A DNA stretch of 64,000 nucleotides from Octopus vulgaris (Eukaryota), in the NCBI GenBank assembly GCA_951406725.2, contig OX597838.1, forward strand, positions 20,398,001 to 20,462,000, read 5' to 3'. Positions 61,851-64,000 of this stretch are shown here, one piece after another. The position numbers and the translations under genes are program-made. The notes under the pieces are model-generated. The model saw only the letters and a list, made by a program, of their open reading frames with translations, searched no databases and had not been told where the DNA came from. How positions within the stretch are numbered: the stretch's first letter is position 1; each line of letters starts with the position of its first letter.

Positions 61851-62059
61851 TATATATATATGTACATATATGTATGTGTGTGTGTATATATGTATGTGTG
61901 TGTGTATATATACATATATGTGTGTGTATATATATATATACATACATACATATATATATATATTATATACATATATGTGTGTGTGTATATATATATACAT
62001 ACATATATATATATATATATTATATACATATATGTGTGTGTGTATATATATACATACAC

Positions 62060-62107
<48 letters not shown>

Positions 62108-62118
62108 GTGTGTGTGTG
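61851..62118. repeat. Long compound (TA)n/(TG)n/(CA)n microsatellite
   Basis: Read directly; a similar array lies at 21106-21280. Confidence 0.9.
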
Positions 62119-62124
62119 GAGTAA

Positions 62125-62176
62125 GTATCACTGATGAGCATTAATTTCATGCAAAATTAGTGTGCTAATCTGATAT
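62125..62176 (+). ncRNA. Type I hammerhead ribozyme motif with a single core mutation (G12A)
   Basis: gtatca-CTGATGA-gcat(taatttc)atgc-[A]AA-attag(tgtg)ctaat-C^-tgatat: stems I, II and III all pair. Confidence 0.7.
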
Positions 62177-62398
62177 CCTTGCTTGCTGTGGGGAGTTTTA
62201 TTTGTTCAAGGGCCTTTAAGATATTATTGTGGATCTCCAATTTACTATTTTGTTGTGCGAAACCCCCCAAAAATTTTATATGGACCCTCAGGGACCATAT
62301 GGGCCCCAGAACCACTGACTAAAATCATAAAAATAAAAATAAAACAAAGACAAAGAGTTCTTATTGTCATAAAACTGTTGTCATTATGTTGTTTTTAG

Positions 62399-62514
62399 TT
62401 GATCAAGAACGCTGGATCTGAAGAAGTTTTGAATGATGGCCTTTGTCAACGTCTCCAAAACATGGAATCAGAATTGTCTGATACTAACCAAAAGATTGCT
62501 GAACTTGAAAGCAT
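62399..62514 (+). CDS. Second coding exon (LIKNAGSEEVLNDGLCQRLQNMESELSDTNQKIAELES), coiled coil, probable SWI5-like
   Basis: gtttttag| acceptor, AT|gtaggt donor, open in phase 0; FKSP followed by a heptad-rich segment resembles the N-terminal half of animal SWI5 as recalled; the gene probably continues beyond the window. Confidence 0.6.
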
Positions 62515-64000
62515 GTAGGTATCTGCCATCATAAAGCAGCTTTTTATTTGGTTACTCAACCTGCGAGAAATAGCTACCTAATCTCTCTCATCTTACACCC
62601 TACAATCATTTTTTTTCTGTCTGTTTTTATTTTTTATTTCTTACAGGGTGAATAAATGATAAAGTATTGATCCAGAGCAGTGGATTAGTAGAAATGAATG
62701 AACAACAGACCATATGCCTTATGGTGTTTGTTCTCTGTCTGTACGTGCTGTGTTCAAATCATGCCACAATCTTATTTCTTTATTGCCCACAAGGGGCTAA
62801 ACATAGTCGGGACAAACAAGGACAGACAAAGGGATTAAGTCAATTAGATCAACTCCAGTGCGCAACTGGTACTTAATTTATCGACCCTGAAAGGATGAAA
62901 GGCAAAGCTGACCTCGGCGGGATTTGAACTCTGAACGTAAAGACAGATGAAATACTGCTAAGCATTTCGCTCAGCATGCTACCATTTCTGCCAGCTCGCC
63001 GCCTTACAATCTGCCGAGGTGGGGACTTTATCTTTTACTCATCCTAACAACATTACTCTGCACCCAACTCATGAGGTTTTGGTTTTATGAACATTGCGTT
63101 TTCTCCTGATTTATCATCATCATCATTGTTTTGATGTCCATTTTTCCATGTTCACACGTGTGGGAGAGAATTTGGTGAGACAGATTTTCTTTTTCTACAG
63201 CTGGATGCTCTTCCTGTCATGTACTTGCAACTGTTTCCAAGCAAAGTTGAATTTCTACTTGACCAGACATGTTTTTTCATTGAAACCTCGAATCAAATAA
63301 TCTTGACTGATGATATGCATTTATGTTCATTCTGTGATATTTAGACAAGGATACATACACGTACATATATATACACTCACACACATATATGTTTATGTTT
63401 ATACCCATGCATGCATGGAAGATGGATGTTAAACAACGATGATGACAGATATATATGTATATATATATATATATGTGTGTGTATACATATATATTGTACA
63501 GTCCGATGACGGACTGTACAATATTCAATAATATTCTTGTTGAAGAATAATAAATATAAATGAACATAAAAACAAGCATTAATGCATTCATATATATATA
63601 TATATTACCTTCGAAAAATGCAATGTCGAAGCAGGGGCAGCTGAAGAAGGGGAATGTTCCTTGTGTTGTTTGTCTTGTACTCTGTTTTTTCGTTGTATAA
63701 GAAAAATGTCCATTTCCATGTTTTGTTTTATGTTTTCATTTCTCCTTGTGTTCCACGTTTTTTGTGATGTCCTGTACTCATATATGCATGTATATATACA
63801 TATAGATGTAGGTATGTACATATATATATGTATGTATGTATATGCTTTATTTATTAAATTGTTATATATATATATATACGCCGATGCCAGACCCCTCTGG
63901 CACCTGTGCAGGTGGCACGTAAAAAACACCCACTACACTCGCGGAGTGGTTGGCGTTAGGAAGGGCATCCAGCTGTAGAAACACTGCCAGACTAGACTGG

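Noticed and set aside
63605-63662. Possible type II hammerhead (GAAA..GTC..CTGAAGA)
   Set aside because: Stems I and III do not pair convincingly.

Overview
Repeat-dense eukaryotic genomic DNA. It is inferred to be coleoid cephalopod (Octopus-like) from its tRNA-derived SINE families, abundant (TA)n/(CAT)n microsatellites and transposon relics. The window holds a complete + strand GMP synthase [glutamine-hydrolysing] gene (GMPS). It has a putative non-coding exon 1 ending at 13990 behind NRF1- and E2F-like motifs, 16 coding exons from 27946 to 49721 (2058 nt, 685 aa + stop, all splice phases consistent) and a probable ~3 kb 3' UTR. The GATase Cys-His-Glu triad and the SGGVDS P-loop are intact, but several usually invariant motifs are substituted. 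Two exons of a probable SWI5-like gene lie at 61375-62514, and a candidate exon of a divergently transcribed gene lies at 8272-8453 (-). The most interesting non-coding signals are a cluster of hammerhead-ribozyme-like motifs in short Penelope-like relics, most of them beside (TA)n tracts; a 5S-rRNA-headed SINE-like chimera; two complete non-autonomous Helitrons; a near-identical ~980 bp tandem duplication; and a UGA-C stop followed by an open His/Cys-rich frame and fold-back triplet repeats. Most ORF-track entries are microsatellite or SINE noise.
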